Positions 21,243 through 30,006 of a stretch of DNA of 64,000 bases are shown piece after piece. The notes beneath the pieces were generated by a model. That model did no database searches. It was given only the letters and a program-made list of their open reading frames with translations, and was not told where the DNA came from. Origin of the DNA: an uncultured delta proteobacterium (GTDB lineage Bacteria; Desulfobacterota; Desulfobacteria; Desulfobacterales; SG8-13); the NCBI GenBank assembly GCA_963848135.1, contig CAWKCK010000004.1:1-64000 (forward strand). The letters run 5' to 3'. Position 1 is the first letter of the stretch. The number at the start of each line of letters is the position of its first letter. A program made the position numbers and the translations under genes.

Positions 21243-21258
21243 TGCAATTAAAATGCCA
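21243..21258 (-). promoter_or_regulatory. Putative sigma54 (-24/-12) promoter of the RiPP operon
   Basis: Minus strand reads TGGCAT-TTTAA-TTGCA with canonical spacing, ~150 nt upstream of the B1 start. Confidence 0.7.
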
Positions 21259-21343
21259 TTATGCCCAAACGTAATATAATGGCCTGAAATAAATATAAAA
21301 TAAAATATTTTTTATGTTTAATTGGTATGGTCAGTTTTTTTAT

Positions 21344-21363
21344 TTGTGAAAGTAATTTCACAA
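21344..21363. promoter_or_regulatory. Palindromic regulator site (possible enhancer/UAS)
   Basis: TTGTGAAA-gtaa-TTTCACAA ~90-105 bp upstream of the -24 box; the same palindrome occurs at 63464-63483. Confidence 0.6.
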
Positions 21364-21690
21364 TAATGTTAATGCTTCGATACTTTTATATGTATTTTTT
21401 AACCCACTGATGTCGTTTACTTAGAAACTTTGAATTTGCTTGTTTTTGATTGTACGAGATAGGAAGGAGAGCAGAATGAAAGTTTGTTTCAAGGGGATAA
21501 AATAGTCACATAGAGAAATACAGGTAGAAGACAATAAATGGCTGAAACAAATAAAAGGAGCATATCTTTCAAGAAAGGAAAACGAATGCGTTTTGGAATT
21601 CTGAGCTGGTTTCCACAGGCTGTATTTTGCAAATTGTTATGGCAGTCTCGCGTATTTATTTTCTATATAATTTCAAGCAAAAATTAATGC

Positions 21691-22854
21691 TTACGGATTC
21701 GGCCGAACGTACCGCAGCAATAACAACCCGAACAGGGTTGCCCCGCCCAGGATGCCGATGCCCCAATTGAAACTGCCAATATCACCGGAATAGCCGATCA
21801 GGGTCGGAACCATCCCGGCACCGAAGAAATAACTGAAAGGAACGGTCAACGCCACAGCCATGTTGCGATTTTTGTCTGTAGTGATACGCGACAACACGGT
21901 AAATCCCAACGGGAAGAAACAAACGCTGGTCGTGGCTTGCAAGGCCAGGCTTACCGCCAGCAAACCCAAGGGCAGGGTTGCGATGGAAAAAGTGGCGACA
22001 GCGCTAGCGGCCACGCTTGCGAACAAAGTTTTCTTCAATCCGTATCTGTCGGCTAACCAGCCGGTCAACAGGGGCATCGCAAAGGCAACGACCCGAGACA
22101 CCGACATCAAATGATTAGCCTGGGTGGAATCCAACTGCCGCTCGGCTGTGAGATAGAGGGCCATGATGTTGAACAGTCCCTGATTTACGCCGATTGCAAG
22201 ACTAAACAGCAGAATCATGATCCAGATGGCCGGGTTGGACAGCAAACGGCCAATGCTGGCCATACTTGGCGCCTCGCCATAGGCCCTGTCGGTTTTACCC
22301 AGCAATTGGAAGAGTATCCCGGCCAATAGTGCGGAGACACCATAAACTGCCAAGGTGAAGCGCCAGGGATGTTGATGCAAAAAAAAATCGGCCAATAACG
22401 GGGAACAGATATAGGCAAGATTGGGGGCTAACTGATGAAAGGATAGCACCTTGCCCCAATGCTGACGGTCGACCAGGGATGTCAGGGTGGCCACGCCTGA
22501 TGGCAGATAAAGCCCGCCGGCGATTCCCAATACGACCAGTGTTCCTCTCAGCGACCACAGGTTGCTGGTGAACGACAACACCAGCAGACTCGTTCCAACG
22601 GCGATCGAAGACAGAACGATCTGGTGCTGTTGGCAAATACGCCCCGAGATGAAGGTGGAGCCGAAAAGGCCGCTGCCGTACCCCACGGAGACGAAAAGAA
22701 AAAGTGAACCGGCTGCCGTATGGCTCAGATTAAGCTCGTGCCCGATGTCGGGCAGAAGCGGCGCCAGGCCAAGTCGAGAGAGCATGTTGAGAAAGAAGAT
22801 GAGAAAAATGAATACTATCGTCCCGGGTACACCCCGACGGGTCTCCGGCATCAT
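21691..22854 (-). CDS. MFS transporter
   Basis: About 12 hydrophobic segments, GWLADRYG motif, APLLPDIGHELNLS. Confidence 0.85.
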   Translation of the reverse strand: MMPETRRGVPGTIVFIFLIFFLNMLSRLGLAPLLPDIGHELNLSHTAAGSLFLFVSVGYGSGLFGSTFISGRICQQHQIVLSSIAVGTSLLVLSFTSNLWSLRGTLVVLGIAGGLYLPSGVATLTSLVDRQHWGKVLSFHQLAPNLAYICSPLLADFFLHQHPWRFTLAVYGVSALLAGILFQLLGKTDRAYGEAPSMASIGRLLSNPAIWIMILLFSLAIGVNQGLFNIMALYLTAERQLDSTQANHLMSVSRVVAFAMPLLTGWLADRYGLKKTLFASVAASAVATFSIATLPLGLLAVSLALQATTSVCFFPLGFTVLSRITTDKNRNMAVALTVPFSYFFGAGMVPTLIGYSGDIGSFNWGIGILGGATLFGLLLLRYVRPNP

Positions 22855-22971
22855 TTTAATAAATGAATTGAGCGGGCTAACGACAGCGTCCTCCTGTCCA
22901 TAGGATTATAGTCTATGAGAAGGAGGACGTTTTGTTTACAAAATTCATAAAATCTTCAGAGCAGCTGATAT

Positions 22972-23307
22972 TCAAGCGTTACGTTGAGTCATCCGGGATT
23001 TGAGCGAAACAGAACTTTTCTCCTTCCTTTCAGGTACGATGAAATAAACCAGCAAACAAAATACGCTGACATATATCAAGACGGCGAATAGCGGCACCTG
23101 AACGAAATAACCAACGATGGTTTTTACCCAGAATGAAGGGATACTGCCTATCCATTCAAAGCTTTGCGTGCCGAAAAAGTCTAATAGACTTTTGGGCGAC
23201 TGTGAAAATACGGCCGAAGATCCAAAGCCCAGATAGACATCAAATACATTGAACAATAAGAACCCCAGTGCAAGAAAGAACGATGTAATGGCAAACTTTG
23301 ACCACAT
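22972..23307 (-). CDS. Small hypothetical membrane protein
   Basis: 111-aa ORF with two hydrophobic segments, co-oriented with its neighbours. Confidence 0.45.
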   Translation of the reverse strand: MWSKFAITSFFLALGFLLFNVFDVYLGFGSSAVFSQSPKSLLDFFGTQSFEWIGSIPSFWVKTIVGYFVQVPLFAVLIYVSVFCLLVYFIVPERKEKSSVSLKSRMTQRNA

Positions 23308-23449
23308 TTTAACTCACAATCTTTTTTCGTTCATGAAAGCAAGCGCAGTAATTACGGCCTCGTCGCCGCAAACGACGGAAAGAAAAATTTTCGGCTCTCA
23401 CCTTCAAATGTTTACGACCTTGCGAACAAAAACCCATGAAATTTGACGT

Positions 23450-24058
23450 TTAAAACCAGTAGGTATAACGGAGGCCTAATGTATCCAGGCCCTCATTGGG
23501 GTCGGCCAGGTAGGCGTTAGAAACATGCACGAACAGGACCGAAACGCCGTGGTTTTTGGCAAACCTCAAACCGAGTTCAACCGGTATGCGGAAAAGAACA
23601 CGGGAACCCAGAGCCTTTTTGTCATCATAACCGGGTTGCAATTCGCCATCATGCACTGCCAACCCGAGGCCGAAATTAAAAAACAAACCGGAATGGCGAG
23701 CGTACTCCCACAGCAGGCCGGAATAGAGAGTATTCGTATCACCCTGGTTGTTCAAGCTGAAGCCCAAGTTAGAGTAAAGCTTTCCAGTGAACAACGAAAT
23801 GTCAGGAAATTCAAAAATCACTTCGGCATTTAGATCAAATCCCCCCTCCGAACGAGTGCGGCTCCATAAGGGGACGTCATGAGCCAGAATGCCGATTCGA
23901 AGTCCATGGAGCCATCGGGTATGACCTGTGTTCTGTATTTCTTCTGCACGTATCACCTGGGCGCTGAATACGACAAGCAAAAAAAATAAGAAGGTCGATG
24001 TCAGAAATCGATTCATGAAAAGGTTTTGAAACCGCCTATCGGCAAAGTGTAAGATCAT
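23450..24058 (-). CDS. Acyloxyacyl hydrolase / lipid A deacylase (LpxR/PagL-like) outer-membrane beta-barrel
   Basis: GILAHD, GLGLAVHDG, LGSRVLFR, HVSNAYLADPNEGLD, C-terminal YxYWF; the true start could be ATG 24016. Confidence 0.75.
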   Translation of the reverse strand: MILHFADRRFQNLFMNRFLTSTFLFFLLVVFSAQVIRAEEIQNTGHTRWLHGLRIGILAHDVPLWSRTRSEGGFDLNAEVIFEFPDISLFTGKLYSNLGFSLNNQGDTNTLYSGLLWEYARHSGLFFNFGLGLAVHDGELQPGYDDKKALGSRVLFRIPVELGLRFAKNHGVSVLFVHVSNAYLADPNEGLDTLGLRYTYWF

Positions 24059-24774
24059 GCCTTACGCTTGTTGTTGGATAATTTATAGATTCTGGCTTTA
24101 ACATCGGAGGTGAGATCCGCAATATGCTTGGCTGGATACACGGCTGTCGGGCAGACGCGGCTGCAGGCCAATGCCCGTTTACACATGCGAACACCCCGTT
24201 CTCCATTCGATAATTTCAAAATGTCTTCCTTCCTGCGAGGCGATTTTAAGGTTTCACGATGCAACGCGGAAAGGCCGGCCGGACCGATAAAATCGCCATT
24301 TTGCTGCATAACCGGGCATGCGGATATGCAGCTGCCGCACTCGATACAGTTTTCAAAGCGGGTGAAAGAACGACCGATCAGCGGCAATGGATCGATTCCC
24401 AATGCTTTTGCGGGTTGCAGGTAAGTCCACTCTTCGGCGACATCATGGTATAAAGAATCCAGTTTCACCGCAAGGTCACCGATACGCTCGAAGCCTCTTA
24501 ACGGCTCCAGCACGATGGTTGAGCTGTCGAGCATCCAGGCATTGGTGGTGCAAGCGAGTCTTTCAGAGCCGTTTATAATGATGGCGCAGGTTCCGCAAGA
24601 GGAATGATGGCAGGAGTGCCGATACATGAGGGTGCGGTCCTGCTCTATGCGGATTTTTTCAAGGCAATCGAGCACTGTCATGGATTCAGTCACGGGTAGC
24701 CTGAAATCGTGAAATGCCGGCGGGTCGATCTGGTTGGGCTTGAATCGCGAGATTTGAAACGTGATTTTTTTCAT
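24055..24774 (-). CDS. Succinate dehydrogenase/fumarate reductase-type iron-sulfur subunit (SdhB/FrdB-like)
   Basis: SCHHSSCGTC...LAC [2Fe-2S], CIECGSCISACP [4Fe-4S], CKRALACSRVCP [3Fe-4S]. Confidence 0.85.
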   Translation of the reverse strand: MKKITFQISRFKPNQIDPPAFHDFRLPVTESMTVLDCLEKIRIEQDRTLMYRHSCHHSSCGTCAIIINGSERLACTTNAWMLDSSTIVLEPLRGFERIGDLAVKLDSLYHDVAEEWTYLQPAKALGIDPLPLIGRSFTRFENCIECGSCISACPVMQQNGDFIGPAGLSALHRETLKSPRRKEDILKLSNGERGVRMCKRALACSRVCPTAVYPAKHIADLTSDVKARIYKLSNNKRKA

Positions 24775-24795
24775 GACGCCTATTCTGTTGACCGA

Positions 24796-25965
24796 TTAAT
24801 TTTTGAAAAATCGACGATAATTGAGTAATTTGTAATCTTGCGTTCCGCAAGCAATGCGACGCCCGGTTTTGTTGCAAACCAGATCGGCGGCTTTCGCGGC
24901 CATGGCGCGCATGGTCGTGGCCTTACCGCCTAAAACGGAAATAAATCCATCCACGCCGTCTCGCACCGCGTGGTCGATGCAATCGAATGACCGTTTGATC
25001 TTGCTCGGATCCTCGTGATTATCGAAAACGATGAGCGGCCGCGAGGCACTCCAGACGGCATGGATCGGCAATTGAGCGATTTGCGGCACCATCTGTGCGC
25101 AAAGTTTTACGATTCGATGAACATGTTCCTTTTGATGCGCTATTATATCGTCGGGATCCTCGGCCAGCCAAACCGATGTCCCCAGAAGCGATAGCCCACG
25201 TTGCGGTACGATGATGTCGCCATCATCGGCTGGATGTAGGCGGTTAATAACCATATTGGTTAAACGTGCTGCTAAACTCACCATGACGCCGGGTGCCGGT
25301 TGCAAGGGAATATCAATCCCGAGCATAGCCGCCGTCTTGCGTGCCCACGGTCCGGTGGCATTAACGACAAGGTCTCCTTGCAACGCATATGTGCCCTGCG
25401 TCTTGTAATCGAAGATTTTCACACCGATGGCGCTCTTTCCGTCAGACATGATTTCCACCACTTCTGAGAAAGATCGAATATCGGCGCCATTCTCCTTGGC
25501 CGTGGCAAAAAAGTGCATGGGCAGGCGCCAGGCATCCATCGTCGCATCCGGCACCCTAACGGCCGTTTTAAGATTCGGATTCAAGTTGGGTTCGACGGCG
25601 AGGGCCTGGTCGCGGTTAAGTGGCAAGGCCGTAATACCCGCTGCTGCGCATCCTTCGAGAAACTCTTCAACAAATGCCACATCTTCGTTGCTTAAGGCCA
25701 CGAAAAGGCCATCATTCTGCTCCAAAGCTTCAGGAACGATGCGCTTTAAAATCTGGTTTTCTCGCATGCATTCCCGGGCCGTTTCGCTATCATGCAAAAC
25801 ATAACGGGCACCACTGTGAAGTAGACCGTGGTGCCTTCCCGTCGATCCGGAAAGCAATTCGCCCTTCTCGAGCAGTGTAACCCTAAAACCGCGCAAGGTC
25901 AGATCATGGGCCAGGGCACCGCCGATGCCGCCGCCGATGATGATGATATGTTCCAATTCAGTCAA
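24796..25965 (-). CDS. Short GlpA-like FAD-dependent oxidoreductase (lacks the C-terminal BFD-like domain)
   Basis: IIGGG, TGRHHGLLHSGARYV, NATGPW, GGKATTMRAMA; paralogue of 30007-31560. Confidence 0.8.
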   Translation of the reverse strand: MTELEHIIIIGGGIGGALAHDLTLRGFRVTLLEKGELLSGSTGRHHGLLHSGARYVLHDSETARECMRENQILKRIVPEALEQNDGLFVALSNEDVAFVEEFLEGCAAAGITALPLNRDQALAVEPNLNPNLKTAVRVPDATMDAWRLPMHFFATAKENGADIRSFSEVVEIMSDGKSAIGVKIFDYKTQGTYALQGDLVVNATGPWARKTAAMLGIDIPLQPAPGVMVSLAARLTNMVINRLHPADDGDIIVPQRGLSLLGTSVWLAEDPDDIIAHQKEHVHRIVKLCAQMVPQIAQLPIHAVWSASRPLIVFDNHEDPSKIKRSFDCIDHAVRDGVDGFISVLGGKATTMRAMAAKAADLVCNKTGRRIACGTQDYKLLNYRRFFKN

Positions 25966-27115
25966 TGGTCTTATGCAAGATGTTTTGGAGTTCTGTTGTC
26001 GAAAGCGTCACCGGGTTTGACTTCATGCTGCTGGCTTTTTGGGATCGGGTAATCAACTCCGGCAGGTGGTGATGCCCGAGGCCATAAGTGGACAGAGAAG
26101 GGATGTTTAATTCCCGACTCAACCCATGCAGCCATTGAACGAGTTCGGGCACTGTGGCTGAAGGTGAACCGGTAAGCCAGCGCGCCACATCCTTGAACTT
26201 CGACAGCGCTGTTGATTGAGGATTTTGCTCCTGCAATGCTTTCACATTGGCTGCAATAACATGGGGCAGCAATTTGGCACATACAGCACCGTGGGGCGCA
26301 GGGCACATACCACCCAGCGGTGCCGCAATACCATGAACGGCCCCGAGACCCGAATTGGCCAAAGCCAATCCACTGAAAAGACTGGACAGGGATAAATCGG
26401 TGCGGGCGTTCAAGTCTTCGGGATTGTGGTATGCGGGTCTGAGGGAACGGGCCGACCGCATAATCCCTTCCCGGCACACGCTTTCGGTCATCGGATTCGA
26501 TCGCTTGGACACATACGCTTCGATGAGCTGAGTCAGGGCGTCCATTCCGGTTGCGGCCGTGACGGCCGGGGGGAGTGAAAGGGTCAGTACGGGGTCGACA
26601 ATTGCAATGCGCGGAAACATCAGCGGGCTGCGCAGGCTGACTTTCACTTCATGATCAACTGATTTCAGTACGGCATTGCAGGTGACCTCGGCCCCCGTTC
26701 CAGCCGTGGTTGGGATGGCAATTACAGGGAGAGGGTCCTGCTGCAACGGTCGGCCTTCACCGATGACCTCCAAATAGTCGAGCACCGCACCGGGGTTGAG
26801 TGCCAGTGCCGCAATAGCTTTGGCGGTGTCGATGGCACTGCCTCCGCCGAACCCGATGATATATTCAGCAGCAACATTACGGGCCAGCGACAGGCCTTGC
26901 TCCAAAACGGAGACCGTTGGCTCGGAGTTAACACAGAAATTGCTGACGGCCCGATTTTTATTTGACAGCAGTTTCATTAGCGGTGTCACCCGCGCGCTAA
27001 AGTGACCGGTCACAACCAGTACCCGGTTTCCCAGATTGGCGACCAGTTGATCGACCGTCTCCAGTGATCCGGGGCCGAATAAAATGCGGTTTGCTGTGCT
27101 AAATTCGAAAAACAT
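25958..27115 (-). CDS. Iron-containing alcohol dehydrogenase
   Basis: GGGSAIDTAK, PTTAGTGAE, GMDALTQ, GLGAVHG, PHGAVC; ATG overlaps the glpK stop. Confidence 0.9.
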   Translation of the reverse strand: MFFEFSTANRILFGPGSLETVDQLVANLGNRVLVVTGHFSARVTPLMKLLSNKNRAVSNFCVNSEPTVSVLEQGLSLARNVAAEYIIGFGGGSAIDTAKAIAALALNPGAVLDYLEVIGEGRPLQQDPLPVIAIPTTAGTGAEVTCNAVLKSVDHEVKVSLRSPLMFPRIAIVDPVLTLSLPPAVTAATGMDALTQLIEAYVSKRSNPMTESVCREGIMRSARSLRPAYHNPEDLNARTDLSLSSLFSGLALANSGLGAVHGIAAPLGGMCPAPHGAVCAKLLPHVIAANVKALQEQNPQSTALSKFKDVARWLTGSPSATVPELVQWLHGLSRELNIPSLSTYGLGHHHLPELITRSQKASSMKSNPVTLSTTELQNILHKTID

Positions 27116-28626
27116 CAGACCATCCAATCGAATGTTTTTGATACCGCTTTTTTCCAGTTGCTGATACCGGATTGACGTTCGACCGTTTCCATTTCCGGCT
27201 CCCAGATTTTATCGACACTCCAGTTCTGTCTGAGTTCGTTGGTATCCGACCAGTAGCCGACGGCCAAACCAGCGGCGTAAGCAGCACCCAAGGCGGTTGT
27301 CTCGGTTACAGTGGGGCGAATCACCGGTACGTTCAATATATCCGCCTGAAACTGCATCAGAAGTTCATTGGCCACCATCCCACCGTCGACTTTTAGTTTT
27401 TTCAGTGCAACGCCGGAATCTTTGTTCATGGCCTCAACGATTTCAAATGTCTGGTAGGCACTGGCTTCGAGCACGGCGCGGGCGATATGGCCCTTATTGA
27501 CAAAGCGGGTGAGGCCGGCGATGACACCGCGGGCATCCGAGCGCCAGTAAGGGGCAAACAACCCTGAAAAAGCCGGCACGATGTATGTCCCGCCATTGTT
27601 TTGGACCGTTCGGGCCAGTTCCTCAATCTCCGGGGCGGCGGCAATCAAACCGAGGTTGTCCCTCACCCATTGAACCAGGGCCCCGGCAATGGCAATAGAT
27701 CCCTCGAGGCAGTAGACGGGCATTTCGCCTTTGATTTGATACCCCACTGTTGTCAAGAGACCATGAGTAGAGGGAACCGGGGTGTTACCGGTATTGAGCA
27801 ATAGAAAGCATCCTGTGCCGTAAGTGTTTTTAGCTTCCCCTATATCAAAACAGGCTTGACCGACAAGGGCAGCCTGCTGGTCCCCTAAAGCCCCACACAC
27901 CGGAATCGTTGAATTCAATGCGCCGTTTCTCAGTGTGTGCCCCCAGGTGTCGCGATCACTGGACGGGACAATGCGTGGGAGAACCTGTTGCGGAATACGA
28001 AGGGTTTTCAGGATTTCGTCGTCCCACTGAAGCGTCTGCAGGTTCATCATCAGGGTTCGACTGGCGTTGGTCACATCGGTAACGTGGGCCCCACCCTCTG
28101 GACCGCCGGTCAGCCACCAGATGATCCACGATTCGATGGTGCCGAACAGCGCTGTTCCTCTCTCGGCTGCGGTTTTGGCTTCGGGCACATTATCCAATAT
28201 CCAGCGAATCTTCGGACCCGAGAAATACGTGGCGATCGGAAGGCCGGTTATATCCCTAAAGCGGTCCTGGCCACCCTCGGATGACAACTGCCGGCAGAGT
28301 TCATCGGTGCGGGTGCACTGCCAGACGATGGCATTGTAAAATGGGCGCCCGGTGTGCTTGTCCCAGAATACAGCTGTTTCACGTTGGTTGGTGATGCCGA
28401 TGGCAGCCAAATCGTGTCCGGTTATACCGGTTTTGCCCAACGCTCCCCGAATGACGGTTTGGGTGTTGCGCCAGATTTCCATAGGGTCATGTTCCACCCA
28501 ACCCGGTTGGGGGAAAATCTGATCGTGTTCCATTTGGTCCAAACCCACGATACGGCCGGTGTGGTCGAAAATGATAAATCGATTGCTCGTCGTGCCCAGG
28601 TCCAGAGCGCCGATGTATTTGGCCAT
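27115..28626 (-). CDS. glpK: Glycerol kinase
   Basis: [57 protein letters not shown]. Confidence 0.96.
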   Translation of the reverse strand: MAKYIGALDLGTTSNRFIIFDHTGRIVGLDQMEHDQIFPQPGWVEHDPMEIWRNTQTVIRGALGKTGITGHDLAAIGITNQRETAVFWDKHTGRPFYNAIVWQCTRTDELCRQLSSEGGQDRFRDITGLPIATYFSGPKIRWILDNVPEAKTAAERGTALFGTIESWIIWWLTGGPEGGAHVTDVTNASRTLMMNLQTLQWDDEILKTLRIPQQVLPRIVPSSDRDTWGHTLRNGALNSTIPVCGALGDQQAALVGQACFDIGEAKNTYGTGCFLLLNTGNTPVPSTHGLLTTVGYQIKGEMPVYCLEGSIAIAGALVQWVRDNLGLIAAAPEIEELARTVQNNGGTYIVPAFSGLFAPYWRSDARGVIAGLTRFVNKGHIARAVLEASAYQTFEIVEAMNKDSGVALKKLKVDGGMVANELLMQFQADILNVPVIRPTVTETTALGAAYAAGLAVGYWSDTNELRQNWSVDKIWEPEMETVERQSGISNWKKAVSKTFDWMV

Positions 28627-28683
28627 GTTATGTCTCCTTATCCTCCAGTGTAAAGCAACAAGCGTGGTGCCGATCCAACCGGC

Positions 28684-29961
28684 TCAACGGTTTCGCAGAT
28701 AGGCGTTTACTGCGGCATGAGCGGTGGCAATGGCGAGTCCTGATCCACATTTCATCCGAATCCAGTCGGCATGCGCCAAGATTGACCCTGCAATATAGAG
28801 ATTCTGATATGCCGGCCGGCCTGTTGCGGTCAGTGGCTGGAAATTGTCATTGATTTCCAATCCGGCCTTATTGATGTCATGCCCTCTGGGGTCCAGCAGT
28901 CTTTCTCGATGCCATTTCGTTCTGCTCACCGGTTGAGTCACCGGTAACTCAAACAATGTTTCGCGGATACGTTTTCGATCCGCGGCCAGGCCCTGGCCGA
29001 TAAACCGGCCTGTGGCCAGAATAGCCGCTTGAGCCTCGATGACCAGCTCTTTTTGATTGTCGGCGACCTTAAAGACAAAAGACCCCTTTTCATTAATTTT
29101 CACTCGGGTCAGTATCTTTTGGTAAAGCGTCTGGACACCGAGGGATGGAAGAATCTTCTCAAACGCATTTTTCAGGCGCAATCCGTTAACGGCCGGCGGA
29201 AGGGTAGGAACTTCGAATACCGGAATTCCGATTTTTTTCTGCAGATCTGCCATTACTTCCATTGTATTGTAGATACCAAAAATTGCCGGAAACCCCAACG
29301 CTTTTGCGTCTTTGAGCAAGGGCAACACCATTGCGGCCAATCGTTCGCGGGCCGCCGGGAGTTCAAGTGTCTGGGCGAGCCGTTCCGGGTAAAGCTCGGC
29401 GTTTTGGTCAGGGAGTGTGATACGGGTGATCCGTAAAGCCGGCCATTTGTTCTTCAGCACCGCTTGAATCTGTCGAGCGCTGAATCCTTTCAGCCCATCA
29501 AAATCGACGATAAGGCAGGGACGTTTGTGACGCCAGGCAATAACGCCGTTCCACATGCTGCCTGGAACAGCATAGGTTCGTTTGATACTGCCGGCCGGAG
29601 AGACAACGTCAGCATTGCGGTTCTTGTAGCAGCGGTAGGGTAGGCCAGTGGTTTTTAAAGCGGTCAGACATTCATCGAGGGCGCCCTGAATGGCCGGCTT
29701 GGACATTCGCGCGTAGGGATGTTTCGGGATAGATTTGCTGACAGCGGCAATGGCTGACCAAGGATTACGCCATAGGCGTCGTTTTTCGATCGGGTGCACC
29801 CCGAGCAGGTCGATTAGTCCGCTGGCATAAAGGATTTCACCGGGTATTCCCACCTGGACAGTGGCAATGTTGCGCTTGGCGGCGAAGAGGGCCGCAGCCA
29901 TACCAGCCATGCCGGCACCGATCACTAGTAATTGACAGTTAATTTTCTCCGTTTGCGGCAT
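28684..29961 (-). CDS. glpB: Anaerobic glycerol-3-phosphate dehydrogenase subunit B
   Basis: VIGAGMAG, SGLIDLLG, FEVPTLPP, LATGRF, AGSILA, CGSGLA. Confidence 0.9.
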   Translation of the reverse strand: MPQTEKINCQLLVIGAGMAGMAAALFAAKRNIATVQVGIPGEILYASGLIDLLGVHPIEKRRLWRNPWSAIAAVSKSIPKHPYARMSKPAIQGALDECLTALKTTGLPYRCYKNRNADVVSPAGSIKRTYAVPGSMWNGVIAWRHKRPCLIVDFDGLKGFSARQIQAVLKNKWPALRITRITLPDQNAELYPERLAQTLELPAARERLAAMVLPLLKDAKALGFPAIFGIYNTMEVMADLQKKIGIPVFEVPTLPPAVNGLRLKNAFEKILPSLGVQTLYQKILTRVKINEKGSFVFKVADNQKELVIEAQAAILATGRFIGQGLAADRKRIRETLFELPVTQPVSRTKWHRERLLDPRGHDINKAGLEINDNFQPLTATGRPAYQNLYIAGSILAHADWIRMKCGSGLAIATAHAAVNAYLRNR

Positions 29962-30006
29962 TGAGCTGTTACCGTTAGTGACGTGCGCTGGTGAAAGAAT
30001 GGGAGG

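Noticed and set aside
21538..21687. 49-aa plus-strand ORF (MAETNKRSISFKKGKRMRF...) as a second precursor or immunity peptide
   Set aside because: Opposite strand to the operon, no lasso leader motif and a weak RBS; probably a chance ORF.
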